From contig JAHJSH010000029.1 of NCBI GenBank assembly GCA_018830525.1, forward strand, positions 41,526-105,525: a stretch of 64,000 bases of DNA, given 5' to 3'. Both the position numbers and the translations under genes were made by a program. Positions 51,256 to 60,596 of this stretch are shown here, in pieces. Position 1 is the first letter of the stretch, and every line of letters begins with the position of its first letter. The notes below the pieces were generated by a model. The model did no database searches. It was not told the origin of the DNA and saw only the letters and a program-made list of their open reading frames with translations. The stretch is from Nanobdellota archaeon. GTDB taxonomy: Archaea > Nanobdellota > Nanobdellia > Pacearchaeales > GW2011-AR1.

Positions 51256-52376
51256 AAAATAAATCACAATTTAAGATAGTAATTGTTATTGGGACTCGTG
51301 CAGAATTTATTAAAACTTTTCCGGTGATGTTAGAGTTTCAGCGGAGAAAAGTTCCTTATTATTTTATTCATACCGGACAGCATAATCTTGGAGAATTGTG
51401 TGAAATTTTTTCTGTAAAAAAACCGGATACAGTTTTGACTCCTGAACCAGGGGAAAGTTCCAAGTTTAATACTCGGCAAGGAAAAGCAATTCTTTGGAAT
51501 TTAAAATTGGTTTGGAGGATACGTAAAGAATTAAAGACGTTGAAAAATTTGAAATATGTACTTTATCATGGCGATACAATGACTACCGCCTCTGCAGCTA
51601 TTGCTTCTTCAAGACTTATGAATCCATTTAAGAGATATAAAAATGTTCATCTCGAGGCAGGATTACGAAGCTGGGATAATTTTGAACCTTTTCCTGAAGA
51701 AATTTCTCGAAGAATAGTTGGGAGATTTTCGGATATTTTGTTTGCACCTTCTGAAGAGTCTAAGACAAATTTAAGAAAACTAAAGAAAAAGAAAATTTTG
51801 GTTTTTGGGAATACTATTGTAGACTCAGCTTACTATGCTTTAGACCTAGCTAAGAAGAAAAAAATTAAACCTTTGGCCGAGGGAAAGTTTGCTTTGGTGA
51901 CAGTTCATCGTCATGAAAATTTGAAGAATAAAAAACGAATGGAAAAAATTGTGGATATTTTGCTTTCAGTAGAAATCCCAACATATTTCGCAGCACATGA
52001 TAATACTCTGAAAAAATTGAAGGATTTTGGGCTTTTGAATCGATTAAAAGAAAATAGAAATATTAAGTTGATAAAACCACAAGATTATGTTAATTTTATT
52101 TATCAGATTAGTAAATGTTCGTTGATAATTTGTGATGGGGGGAGTATGCAGGAGGAGAGTTTGATTTTTGGAAAGCCTTGTGTGATTCTTAGGAATTCTA
52201 CTGAGCGTCCAGAAGGATTAAAAACTAATTTTCAGTTTTTGACTAAACTGGATGTTAACGGGTCCCGAGAGAAGATTCATGAGTATTTGTCTAGGGGTTT
52301 TAAGGTTGGGAAATATAGTAATCCTTATGGAAAAAGAGGTTTGACTAAAAAAATTGTTGATGTTTTAATTAAATAA
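51252..52376 (+). CDS. wecB: UDP-N-acetylglucosamine 2-epimerase (WecB/NeuC family)
   Basis: VIGTRAEFIKTFPV ... HTGQH ... HGDTMTT ... VHRHEN. Confidence 0.85.
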   Translation: MENKSQFKIVIVIGTRAEFIKTFPVMLEFQRRKVPYYFIHTGQHNLGELCEIFSVKKPDTVLTPEPGESSKFNTRQGKAILWNLKLVWRIRKELKTLKNLKYVLYHGDTMTTASAAIASSRLMNPFKRYKNVHLEAGLRSWDNFEPFPEEISRRIVGRFSDILFAPSEESKTNLRKLKKKKILVFGNTIVDSAYYALDLAKKKKIKPLAEGKFALVTVHRHENLKNKKRMEKIVDILLSVEIPTYFAAHDNTLKKLKDFGLLNRLKENRNIKLIKPQDYVNFIYQISKCSLIICDGGSMQEESLIFGKPCVILRNSTERPEGLKTNFQFLTKLDVNGSREKIHEYLSRGFKVGKYSNPYGKRGLTKKIVDVLIK

Positions 52377-52445
52377 ATTGTCTTTGAGATAAGGAATTTT
52401 TGCATAGACAATCTTTTTAATAGGCATTTACTAAATATTATTAAC

Positions 52446-53567
52446 ATGAAGAAATTTAGAGTCAAACCCATTTTTGGAGGACATCAGATTTACCAAGAAA
52501 TTGTAAATTTCCCTCCGAAAGGAGTGGAATATATGGGGGTTTCTAGCGCGACTAAATCGGGGAAATATTATGAAAGCAAGAAGATGAAAGAGAAACTTGG
52601 AAGTTTGTTACAAAAATTTAAATTGCCTCGAATGATTTATGTTAAACCCGGAAAATATAATTTAATTCATTCCTCTAGGGGGATAATTCCATTAAATATG
52701 AGACCTTGGGTGATTGATATGGAACATGTACATTCCTTTTTTGGATTGAATCCTAAATTGATGAAAAATAAATTTTGGAGAAAGTTCATTGAAAAAAAAT
52801 TAGCCTCAAAAAATTGTAAAGCCATCTTGTGTCATTGCGAGGCAACACGACAGGCATTTTTTAGGTATCTTGATTGTTCAAAATTTAAAGATAAGATTAA
52901 AATATTGTATCCTTCCTCGCATATAATTCCGATTAAAAAAGAAAAACATGATAAGATTCGTATATTAGCCATTCTTAGTTTATTTGAACATAAGGGAGGC
53001 TTACAAATTCTAGAAGCTTTTTCTCAGCTTGATAAGAAGTATAAAAATATTGAATTGTGGCTAAGGGCAGATGTCCCTGAGAGTTTCAAGAAAAAATATA
53101 ATTCTAAGAATATTAAATATATGGACTATTTTAAAGATATAATTCCTCGTGAGAGATTATTGAAAGAAGTTTATTCTAAATGTGACATTTTTCTCTATCC
53201 AACTTTTTGTGATAGTTTTGGGTATAGTCTAATTGATGCAATGGTGGCTAAACTCCCAATTATAGGTACTAATATGTTTGCGGTTCCGGAAATAGTTGAA
53301 GATGGAAAAAATGGATTTGTTATCAATATCCCCGGATATTCATTAAAAGATAATTTTCTTCAGTATTATCCTATTGAAAATTTGACAAAGAAAGATAATG
53401 AAATTTTTATTCGGGGACTATTCAAAAGTCTTGAGAAATTAATTAAAGATAAAAAATTAAGAGAAAAGATGTCTAAGGAAAGTTTTCGATTAGTTAATAC
53501 TGGGAAATTTTCTATAAAAGAGAGAAATAAAAAATTGCTTGTAGCTTATGGAGTCAAGAATGGTTGA
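52446..53567 (+). CDS. glycosyltransferase (GT-B, group 1-like)
   Basis: C-terminal FLYPTFCDSFGYSLIDAMVAKLPIIGTN ... PEIVEDGKNGF. Confidence 0.75.
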   Translation: MKKFRVKPIFGGHQIYQEIVNFPPKGVEYMGVSSATKSGKYYESKKMKEKLGSLLQKFKLPRMIYVKPGKYNLIHSSRGIIPLNMRPWVIDMEHVHSFFGLNPKLMKNKFWRKFIEKKLASKNCKAILCHCEATRQAFFRYLDCSKFKDKIKILYPSSHIIPIKKEKHDKIRILAILSLFEHKGGLQILEAFSQLDKKYKNIELWLRADVPESFKKKYNSKNIKYMDYFKDIIPRERLLKEVYSKCDIFLYPTFCDSFGYSLIDAMVAKLPIIGTNMFAVPEIVEDGKNGFVINIPGYSLKDNFLQYYPIENLTKKDNEIFIRGLFKSLEKLIKDKKLREKMSKESFRLVNTGKFSIKERNKKLLVAYGVKNG

Positions 53568-54612
53568 TAAGTTATCTAAGACTAATGAAGAAATTTGGGA
53601 AAAAATTTTCACAAAGGATAAAGAGGCTAGATTTCAACATTCATTAGATTACAAAAAGATTATTGAAGAAACATACAAAAATTGTGAAGCGCATTACTAT
53701 ATCTCATTTAAAAATACGAAATCGGTTGCACTTTTTCCATTTTTTTTAGTTAAGAGTAGAATTTTCGGGAAGAGATTTATATCTGTGCCATTTTTAGATG
53801 TTGGAGGATTTTTGGGGAAATATGATGTTAATAGTTTGAAGGAAGTGATAAAGTTTTTGAAAGAGGGAAATAACAATATAGAGATTAGATTGAATTCTTC
53901 CATGAAAGATTTTGAGAAATATAGAAAATTTTTTATTAGGGAAGGGTTTGGAGCAATTGGTGGAAGGGAACAATTTATTGTTAGTCTTACTTCTGAAGAA
54001 AATATGTGGAAGAAGTTTCACAAACATACTAGAAATGATATAAGAAAAGCAATGAAATCTGGACTTAATATAGTTCAAATTGAAAAGAGTGTAGAACTTA
54101 AGAAATATTATTCTATTTATGTTAGAGAAATGAGAAATTTTGGAACCCCCCAACATTCTTTCAAATTTTTTAAGAATTTGTTTAACACAAAAAAAGTCAT
54201 AGGCTTTAATTGCTATAAGAATAAGAAAATTATTGGATCTTTAATCTTATTATTTAATGAAAAATATGGTTATGTTGCGTTTAATATTTCTGATACAAAA
54301 TATAGAAATTTGCGCCCGAATGATTTACTTTATTGGGAGACTATACGTTGGGCGATTAACAATAAGCTTGAGGAATTGGACCTTGGACAAGTGGAAAATG
54401 GCGCCCCTGAAGGAAGTAGGGCCAGGGGGTTATTTAAATTTAAACAAAAATGGTTGGGGGAAATATATGAAAGGGTTTATTTTACGTTTCCAAAAGAAGA
54501 GAGTTCTAGAAAGAAAAATCAACTGAAGAAATTTAAAAGTATCTGGAGAAAAATTCCATTGCCGATTGTTAAAATCTTGGGCCCGAAAATTTGTTCTGAA
54601 CTTGGAATATAG
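53548..54612 (+). CDS. FemAB-family / GNAT-like acyl- or aminoacyl-transferase
   Basis: KHTRNDIRKA ... YVREMRNFGTP ... NLRPNDLLYWETIRWA ... GLFKFKQKW. Confidence 0.6.
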   Translation: MESRMVDKLSKTNEEIWEKIFTKDKEARFQHSLDYKKIIEETYKNCEAHYYISFKNTKSVALFPFFLVKSRIFGKRFISVPFLDVGGFLGKYDVNSLKEVIKFLKEGNNNIEIRLNSSMKDFEKYRKFFIREGFGAIGGREQFIVSLTSEENMWKKFHKHTRNDIRKAMKSGLNIVQIEKSVELKKYYSIYVREMRNFGTPQHSFKFFKNLFNTKKVIGFNCYKNKKIIGSLILLFNEKYGYVAFNISDTKYRNLRPNDLLYWETIRWAINNKLEELDLGQVENGAPEGSRARGLFKFKQKWLGEIYERVYFTFPKEESSRKKNQLKKFKSIWRKIPLPIVKILGPKICSELGI

Positions 54613-54640
54613 GCAAATTTAAAAGTTCTAGTCTATTGGG

Positions 54641-55423
54641 ATGTCTATGGTATTTTCTCTGAGAATTGATCTTGAATCAGATAAGGGTATTCGGGAAGGA
54701 GTTCCTAAAATTTTAGCATTGCTCAAAAAGTATAACATTAAGGCTAGTTTCTATGTTGCTATGGGTGGCGAATCTAATATTTTGGAACTTTTGAGATATC
54801 AGAAAAAATTACCGGGGAAAAGGAAGATTTCTGTCTTTTCTCGTGGTGAAATGTTAAGGATGGTTTTTTTCCCAAGGGACTTTGTTTTGGGAAACAAGAA
54901 AATTTTTCAGAAAATCTTGGATGAAGGACATGAATTGGGGATTCATGGGTGGAAACATAGGGAATGGACTCGGGGGCTAGAGAAAATTGATGTAAGAAAA
55001 GTTATAAGAAAGGCGGTGGAAAAATATACTAAACTATTCGGTAAAAAACCTCAGAGCTTTTGTGCCCCCGCATTTAGAACAAATAACGAAGTTGTTAGAA
55101 TTCTTTCTTCCCAGGGGATTAAGGTGATTAGTGATTTTGAGGGAGATTCCACTAAAAAGGTAGATGGGCTCATTAATGTTCCGATTACCCTGCGAGGAGA
55201 AGGAAATACTCCAATCATAGAATATTTGGTCGGTGAAGGCTACTTAGACAAAGAAATTCTGGATAAAGTTACTTCCGCCATTAAAAGAAAAAAATTTTCT
55301 TCTCTGTATATCCATGGCCTATTTGAATGTAGAAAAAAAATTGGATTGCTAGAAAATTTGTTTAAATGGTTAGAGAAGAATAAGATAAAAACTAAGAAGA
55401 TTATGGATGTGGTGGATTTATGA
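54641..55423 (+). CDS. polysaccharide deacetylase (NodB homology)
   Basis: FSLRIDLES ... HELGIHGWKH. Confidence 0.7.
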   Translation: MSMVFSLRIDLESDKGIREGVPKILALLKKYNIKASFYVAMGGESNILELLRYQKKLPGKRKISVFSRGEMLRMVFFPRDFVLGNKKIFQKILDEGHELGIHGWKHREWTRGLEKIDVRKVIRKAVEKYTKLFGKKPQSFCAPAFRTNNEVVRILSSQGIKVISDFEGDSTKKVDGLINVPITLRGEGNTPIIEYLVGEGYLDKEILDKVTSAIKRKKFSSLYIHGLFECRKKIGLLENLFKWLEKNKIKTKKIMDVVDL

Positions 55424-56550
55424 AAATCCTTCAAATAACAAGTAGTTTTTATCCTGTAGTGGGGGGGATGGAAAAAGTGGTTTTAGAAATCTCTAGAGGT
55501 TTGGTTAAAAGGGGGCATGAGGTCACCGTTTTGACTACGGATTTGTATTCGACGAGGGCATTAATTGGAGAAGAGAATTTGGAGGGAATAAGAATTGTCA
55601 GATTTAAAAATAAATATAATCTGAGGGGTTATGGTTATTGCCCGCAAGCAATGACATGGTTAAAGAAGAATTTTGAAAAATATGATGTAGTCCATAGTCA
55701 TGGATATAATCGTTATCTAAGCGAATTTGGAATTTCTGATTTATCTGGGAAAGTCCCAACAGTTTTTAGCCCCCATGGGTTTATTCATACAAAAAAACAT
55801 AGGTTTGCTAAAAAGATTCACGATTTATTTATTGGTCGAAGGATTGGCAAGGCAGATGTTTGTACGGCGCTTACAAAGTTAGACCTGAAGGATTATGCTC
55901 GACTCAGGGTAGCCCAAGAGAAAATTATTGAATTACCTAATGGAGTAGATACAAAAAGATATAAAAAAGTAGATGTAAAAAGAGTCGCAGCACTCAAGAA
56001 AAAGTATGGGTTGGATAAAAATACATTGTTATATGTTGGTCGGATTCATAAGAGCAAGGGTTTGCAGTATGTTGTTAAGGCTATAAAAGAGTTAGATTGT
56101 AAATTATTCATTGTTGGGCCGGACGGAGGTTATAAGGAAGAGTTGGTTAAACAAATTAAAGAAGAAGCAGTTGAAGAAAAAGTTGTTTTTTCTGGGGCGA
56201 TTAATGATGAAGATTTGGTCGCCGCATATCATGCTTCAGATATTTTTGTGCTTTTCTCGGAATGGGAAGGTTTTGGGTTGGTAGTTATTGAAGCGATGGC
56301 TACAGGAAAACCAGTAATTGTTAGTGATCGGGGAAGTCTTCCTTTTTTAGTTAACGAGGGTAGAAATGGATTTATAGTTCATTTTCCTAATGTGAATAAA
56401 TTGAAAGAAAGAATTGAGTCCCTCCTGGGGGAGAAGGATAAAGCGAAATCTATTGGAAATTTTGGAAAGAATTTCGTGAAAAAATATGATTGGGGGGAGA
56501 TTGTTAATCAGACATTGAATATTTATAAAAAGATTATGAAAAATTCCTAA
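55420..56550 (+). CDS. GT4 glycosyltransferase
   Basis: GGMEKVV ... SEWEGFGLVVIEAMATGKPVIVSD. Confidence 0.85.
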   Translation: MKILQITSSFYPVVGGMEKVVLEISRGLVKRGHEVTVLTTDLYSTRALIGEENLEGIRIVRFKNKYNLRGYGYCPQAMTWLKKNFEKYDVVHSHGYNRYLSEFGISDLSGKVPTVFSPHGFIHTKKHRFAKKIHDLFIGRRIGKADVCTALTKLDLKDYARLRVAQEKIIELPNGVDTKRYKKVDVKRVAALKKKYGLDKNTLLYVGRIHKSKGLQYVVKAIKELDCKLFIVGPDGGYKEELVKQIKEEAVEEKVVFSGAINDEDLVAAYHASDIFVLFSEWEGFGLVVIEAMATGKPVIVSDRGSLPFLVNEGRNGFIVHFPNVNKLKERIESLLGEKDKAKSIGNFGKNFVKKYDWGEIVNQTLNIYKKIMKNS

Positions 56551-56618
56551 TTTTTGAGTACGGTACAGTAATACTAAATTATAGAAATGTTTAAATAGTA
56601 ATGCTATTTGTACTGTAC

Positions 56619-57650
56619 ATGGCAAAAGAAGGATATTCAAGCATAACAGTCCCAGACGAATTTTCTGAGAGGATTGATAGATTTAACTCTAACCAGGGAA
56701 ATTTATTTCCATCAAAACAAAAAGCATTACAGAGGGCATGGGTGGATTTTGAAAATAAATATTCAAGGGATGGTGAGAAAACTGTTGAAATTGATGGAAA
56801 AATTATTGGTCCTGGACACCCGATTTATGTTATCGCTGAAGTTGGAATAAATCATAATGGGGATATAGATATCTGTAAAAAATTAATTGATATGGCAGTC
56901 GATTCTGGTTGTGACGCGGTAAAGTTTCAAAAGAGAACTGTAGATATTATCTATACTAAAGAAGAACTTGCCAAATCTCGAGATAGTCCATTTGGGAATA
57001 CTAATGGGGATTTAAAGAGGGGATTGGAATTTGGTGATAAAGAGTATAGACAGATTGATAATTATTGTAAAGAAAAAAATATTACCTGGTTTGCTTCTCC
57101 ATGGGATATTCCAAGTGTAGACTTTTTAGAGAAATTTGATGTTTCTTGTTACAAAATTGCTTCTGCATCCTTGACAGATAAAGGTCTTTTGGAAAGAATT
57201 AAAGCGACTAACAAGCCGATTATTTTATCTACTGGGATGAGTGACGCTGAACAAGTTAGGAAAGCAGTAGATATCTTGGGGGAAGATAATCTAGTTTTAC
57301 TTAGTTGTGTTTCTGCATATCCCACCCTTAATCTTGCAGACCAGAATTTGAAAGTTATTGAAACCTTGAAAAAGTCATATAGTTGTCCGGTGGGTTATAG
57401 TGGGCATGAGCCAGACACTTTTCCAACCCTAATGGCAATGGCACTTGGAGCAAATGTTATTGAAAGGCATATTACTCTTGGGCGAACAATGTATGGTAGT
57501 GATCAGGCCTCCAGCCTTGAAAAAAAGGGATTAGAAGTTATATGTAATCGAGCTAAGGAGATACCTAGAATTCTTGGAGATGGTAAAAAGACTGTTACTG
57601 ATTCTGAGGTTCCTATTTCTGCCAAGTTAAGAAGGGTTGACACTATTTAA
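56619..57650 (+). CDS. neuB: N-acylneuraminate (nonulosonate) synthase NeuB-like
   Basis: YVIAEVGINHNGD ... DAVKFQKR ... YKIASAS ... GYSGHE; alternative ATG at 56601. Confidence 0.85.
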   Translation: MAKEGYSSITVPDEFSERIDRFNSNQGNLFPSKQKALQRAWVDFENKYSRDGEKTVEIDGKIIGPGHPIYVIAEVGINHNGDIDICKKLIDMAVDSGCDAVKFQKRTVDIIYTKEELAKSRDSPFGNTNGDLKRGLEFGDKEYRQIDNYCKEKNITWFASPWDIPSVDFLEKFDVSCYKIASASLTDKGLLERIKATNKPIILSTGMSDAEQVRKAVDILGEDNLVLLSCVSAYPTLNLADQNLKVIETLKKSYSCPVGYSGHEPDTFPTLMAMALGANVIERHITLGRTMYGSDQASSLEKKGLEVICNRAKEIPRILGDGKKTVTDSEVPISAKLRRVDTI

Positions 57651-57651
57651 A

Positions 57652-59289
57652 ATGGCAATAAATAATCTTAAGGTATTAGTAGTTATTCCTGCAAGAGGGG
57701 GTTCAAAAGGTTTACCTGGAAAAAATATTAAAGAGATTTGTGGGAAACCTTTAGTTGCATGGTCTATTGAACAAGCTAAGGGAAGTAAGTATGTAGATAA
57801 AGTAATTGTTAGTACAGATGACCAAGAAATAGCAGATATTGCTAAAAAATATGGGGCAGAGGTTCCTTTTTTGAGACCTGCAGAACTTGCTACAGATACT
57901 TCTTCTGTAGCCGATGCAGTTTTGGATGTTATAAAAAATCTTGAAGAAATAAAGGAATGTTATGAGATTGTTGTGGCGTTAGAGCCCACAAAATGTATTC
58001 GGGAATCTTTGGATATAGATAATTGTTTAAAACAATTGGTGGAGACCCTTAATGCAAAATCCATTGTTACACTATTCCCTATTGATAGTCCCGCTCACCC
58101 CGACTGGGCGGCAAGCGTTGATGAAAATAAATTTATTGAGGGAAGGGCAGGAGATACCTTTAGAAGACAGAATTTGTCGAAAAAATATCTTTATAGCGGA
58201 TTTATTCTTGCATCTTATGTATCTTCTTTGAAAGAATCAAAATCTTTTTATAATAGTTCTGTAGGGTATATCATTAATGAGAAGGAGAAAGGGATGGACA
58301 TAAATGATGCTATTGATTTTGTGGCAACTGAAGCAGTAATGAAACTTTTTTTAAAGAATAAAAAGAAATCTGTTTTAGAATTAGTTTCTGGATTTCGGAA
58401 TAAGAAAATAGTTTTATTCGGGGCGGCAAGTTCTGGAAAGAGGACTCTTCTTAGCCTCTTAGAAAAAGGATTAGATAAAAAAGATATTTTATTTTATGAT
58501 AATAATCCTGAAAAATGGGGAAAGGAAATTTTGGGCGTTAATGTTCTATCCTTAGATGAACTTAAGCAAATTCCAGAAGATACACCTATATTAATTTCTA
58601 GTTGTATGTTTGTTGAAATAACTAATCAGCTTGAAAAACTTGGATTTACAGATTTTCATTATATAAGAGATTTACTATATTCTCGAAGAAAGTTATTAAA
58701 GTATGATGAAAAGTTTGAAGAAATTTTAGACTCTGTTAGTGAGTCCTGTAATATGGACAGCGAAGAGAAATTTACACTTTATTCTTCTGTTAAGGCGATT
58801 AGTAAACTCGGAGGAGATATTGCAGAAGTGGGAGTCTATAAGGGGGGTTCTGCAAAGATTCTTTGTGAAATAATGGGAGATAAGGTGTTACATCTATTTG
58901 ATACCTTTGAAGGATTACCCGAAACCGAAAAGGGAGATTTGGTGATTAAGGGCTGGTTAAATGATACTTCGATGGAAGGTGTTCGAGATTATCTTAGAGA
59001 GTATGATAATGTTTTTTTATATAAAGGAATTTTTCCCGAAACATCATTTCCAGTTAAAGATAAAAAATTTTGTCTTGTGCATCTAGATACGGATATTTAT
59101 TCTGGAACCCTTGAAAGCCTGAAGTTTTTTTGGCCCCGAATGATTAGGGGGGGAAGGATAATTTGTCATGATTATAATAATGTGGATTGTCCCGGGGTGA
59201 AAAAGGCATTTGAAGAATTTTTTGTTGGAAGAGAAGATTTGATAATTGATATAGCGGATACTCAAGGGATGGTAATAAAAGATGAGTAA
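57652..59289 (+). CDS. neuA: fusion: CMP-nonulosonate synthetase (NeuA) + PglD_N-like Rossmann segment + TylF-like methyltransferase
   Basis: VVIPARGGSKGLPGKN at the N-terminus; IVLFGAASSGK in the middle; VGVYKGGSA ... HLDTDIYSGT at the C-terminus. Confidence 0.7.
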   Translation: MAINNLKVLVVIPARGGSKGLPGKNIKEICGKPLVAWSIEQAKGSKYVDKVIVSTDDQEIADIAKKYGAEVPFLRPAELATDTSSVADAVLDVIKNLEEIKECYEIVVALEPTKCIRESLDIDNCLKQLVETLNAKSIVTLFPIDSPAHPDWAASVDENKFIEGRAGDTFRRQNLSKKYLYSGFILASYVSSLKESKSFYNSSVGYIINEKEKGMDINDAIDFVATEAVMKLFLKNKKKSVLELVSGFRNKKIVLFGAASSGKRTLLSLLEKGLDKKDILFYDNNPEKWGKEILGVNVLSLDELKQIPEDTPILISSCMFVEITNQLEKLGFTDFHYIRDLLYSRRKLLKYDEKFEEILDSVSESCNMDSEEKFTLYSSVKAISKLGGDIAEVGVYKGGSAKILCEIMGDKVLHLFDTFEGLPETEKGDLVIKGWLNDTSMEGVRDYLREYDNVFLYKGIFPETSFPVKDKKFCLVHLDTDIYSGTLESLKFFWPRMIRGGRIICHDYNNVDCPGVKKAFEEFFVGREDLIIDIADTQGMVIKDE

Positions 59290-60031
59290 TTCTGATTTAT
59301 TTTCATTGAAAGGAAAGGTTGCTTTGGTTACAGGGGCTGCAAGGGGTAATGGTTATGCTATTGCGAATGGCCTGATTGACGCCGGGGCGATAGTTTATTA
59401 TGTAGATATTAATCCTATAGAAATTAATAGGGCCAATGCTTTTGTGATCCAAGTAGATATAACTAAGGAAGAAAATTTAGAAAGGATTTTTAATGAAATC
59501 ATGAATGCACATTCAAGGATAGATATCTTGGTTAATAACGCAGGGAGGGGGAAAGGTGCGCCTGCAGAAAATTATACATTGGAAGAATGGGATCAAACTA
59601 TTGGGATCAATCTTACCGCACCATTTAGATTATCTCAAATTGCTGCGAAGTATATGATAAATAATGGGGCTGGGGGGAATATTATCAACATAACCAGCCT
59701 AGGGGCAGAACTTGGATTTCCGGATAATCCAGCTTATTTAGCTTCTAAGGGAGGATTAAAAATGATGGCAAAAGGATTCGCAAATGATTGGGCGCAGTAT
59801 GGTATTCGGGTAAATAATGTTTGTCCTGGTTATATCCATACCCCCCTCCACGAAGGAAGAGATAGAATCCCAGAGCTTAGTAATCCAAAATTAAATAGGA
59901 TGATGATAAAGAGGTGGGGGGAGCCAGAAGATTTAGTTGGGGCAGTTATTTTTTTGGCATCAAATGCTTCGAATTATGTTACGGGAGAAGATATCCATGT
60001 CGATGGGGGTTGGGCCGCAAAAGGTTTATGA
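59282..60031 (+). CDS. short-chain dehydrogenase/reductase
   Basis: TGAARGNG ... NNAG ... YLASKGG. Confidence 0.85.
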   Translation: MSNSDLFSLKGKVALVTGAARGNGYAIANGLIDAGAIVYYVDINPIEINRANAFVIQVDITKEENLERIFNEIMNAHSRIDILVNNAGRGKGAPAENYTLEEWDQTIGINLTAPFRLSQIAAKYMINNGAGGNIINITSLGAELGFPDNPAYLASKGGLKMMAKGFANDWAQYGIRVNNVCPGYIHTPLHEGRDRIPELSNPKLNRMMIKRWGEPEDLVGAVIFLASNASNYVTGEDIHVDGGWAAKGL

Positions 60032-60588
60032 AAATGGAAAAGATATACGATACATTAAGTCTAGGGTTGAAAGGGAAATTAAAAAATATAAAACTAATTG
60101 CCTTAGATTTTGATGGAGTTCTTACAGATAATACTGTGGTTCATTTAGAAAATGGACTTGAAGGAGTTGTTAGATCTAGGGCAGATAGTTTGGGAGTAGA
60201 TTTACTTAACGATAATGGACTTTATGATAAGGTAAATTACACTAGTGAAGATCATGAAGTCGATATTATTATTATGTCTAGGGAATCGAATAAGGTTGTT
60301 AAATCTGTAGCTGATAAAATTAAAGTTAAGGTTATTAATTCCCTTTATGAAAAGAAAGAGGCCTTTAGGGGGGAAGTTGAAAGAAGGGGGCTTGATTATT
60401 CCCAAGTATTATTTATGGGTAATGATATGAATGATATTGATTGTGTTAATAACGCGGGAGTGGGAGTTGCTGTTGCGGATTCTTATCCTGAAATTTTGAA
60501 GGTTGCAGACTATGTAACCACTAGGAATGGTGGGAGGGGTGCATTTAGAGAGGTGTGTGAATTAATCTTAAAGGCTAAATTAAAATAA
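60028..60588 (+). CDS. HAD-IIIA KdsC-like sugar-phosphate phosphatase
   Basis: LDFDGVLTD ... GNDMNDI; ATG overlaps the SDR stop. Confidence 0.75.
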   Translation: MKMEKIYDTLSLGLKGKLKNIKLIALDFDGVLTDNTVVHLENGLEGVVRSRADSLGVDLLNDNGLYDKVNYTSEDHEVDIIIMSRESNKVVKSVADKIKVKVINSLYEKKEAFRGEVERRGLDYSQVLFMGNDMNDIDCVNNAGVGVAVADSYPEILKVADYVTTRNGGRGAFREVCELILKAKLK

Positions 60589-60596
60589 ATAATAAA

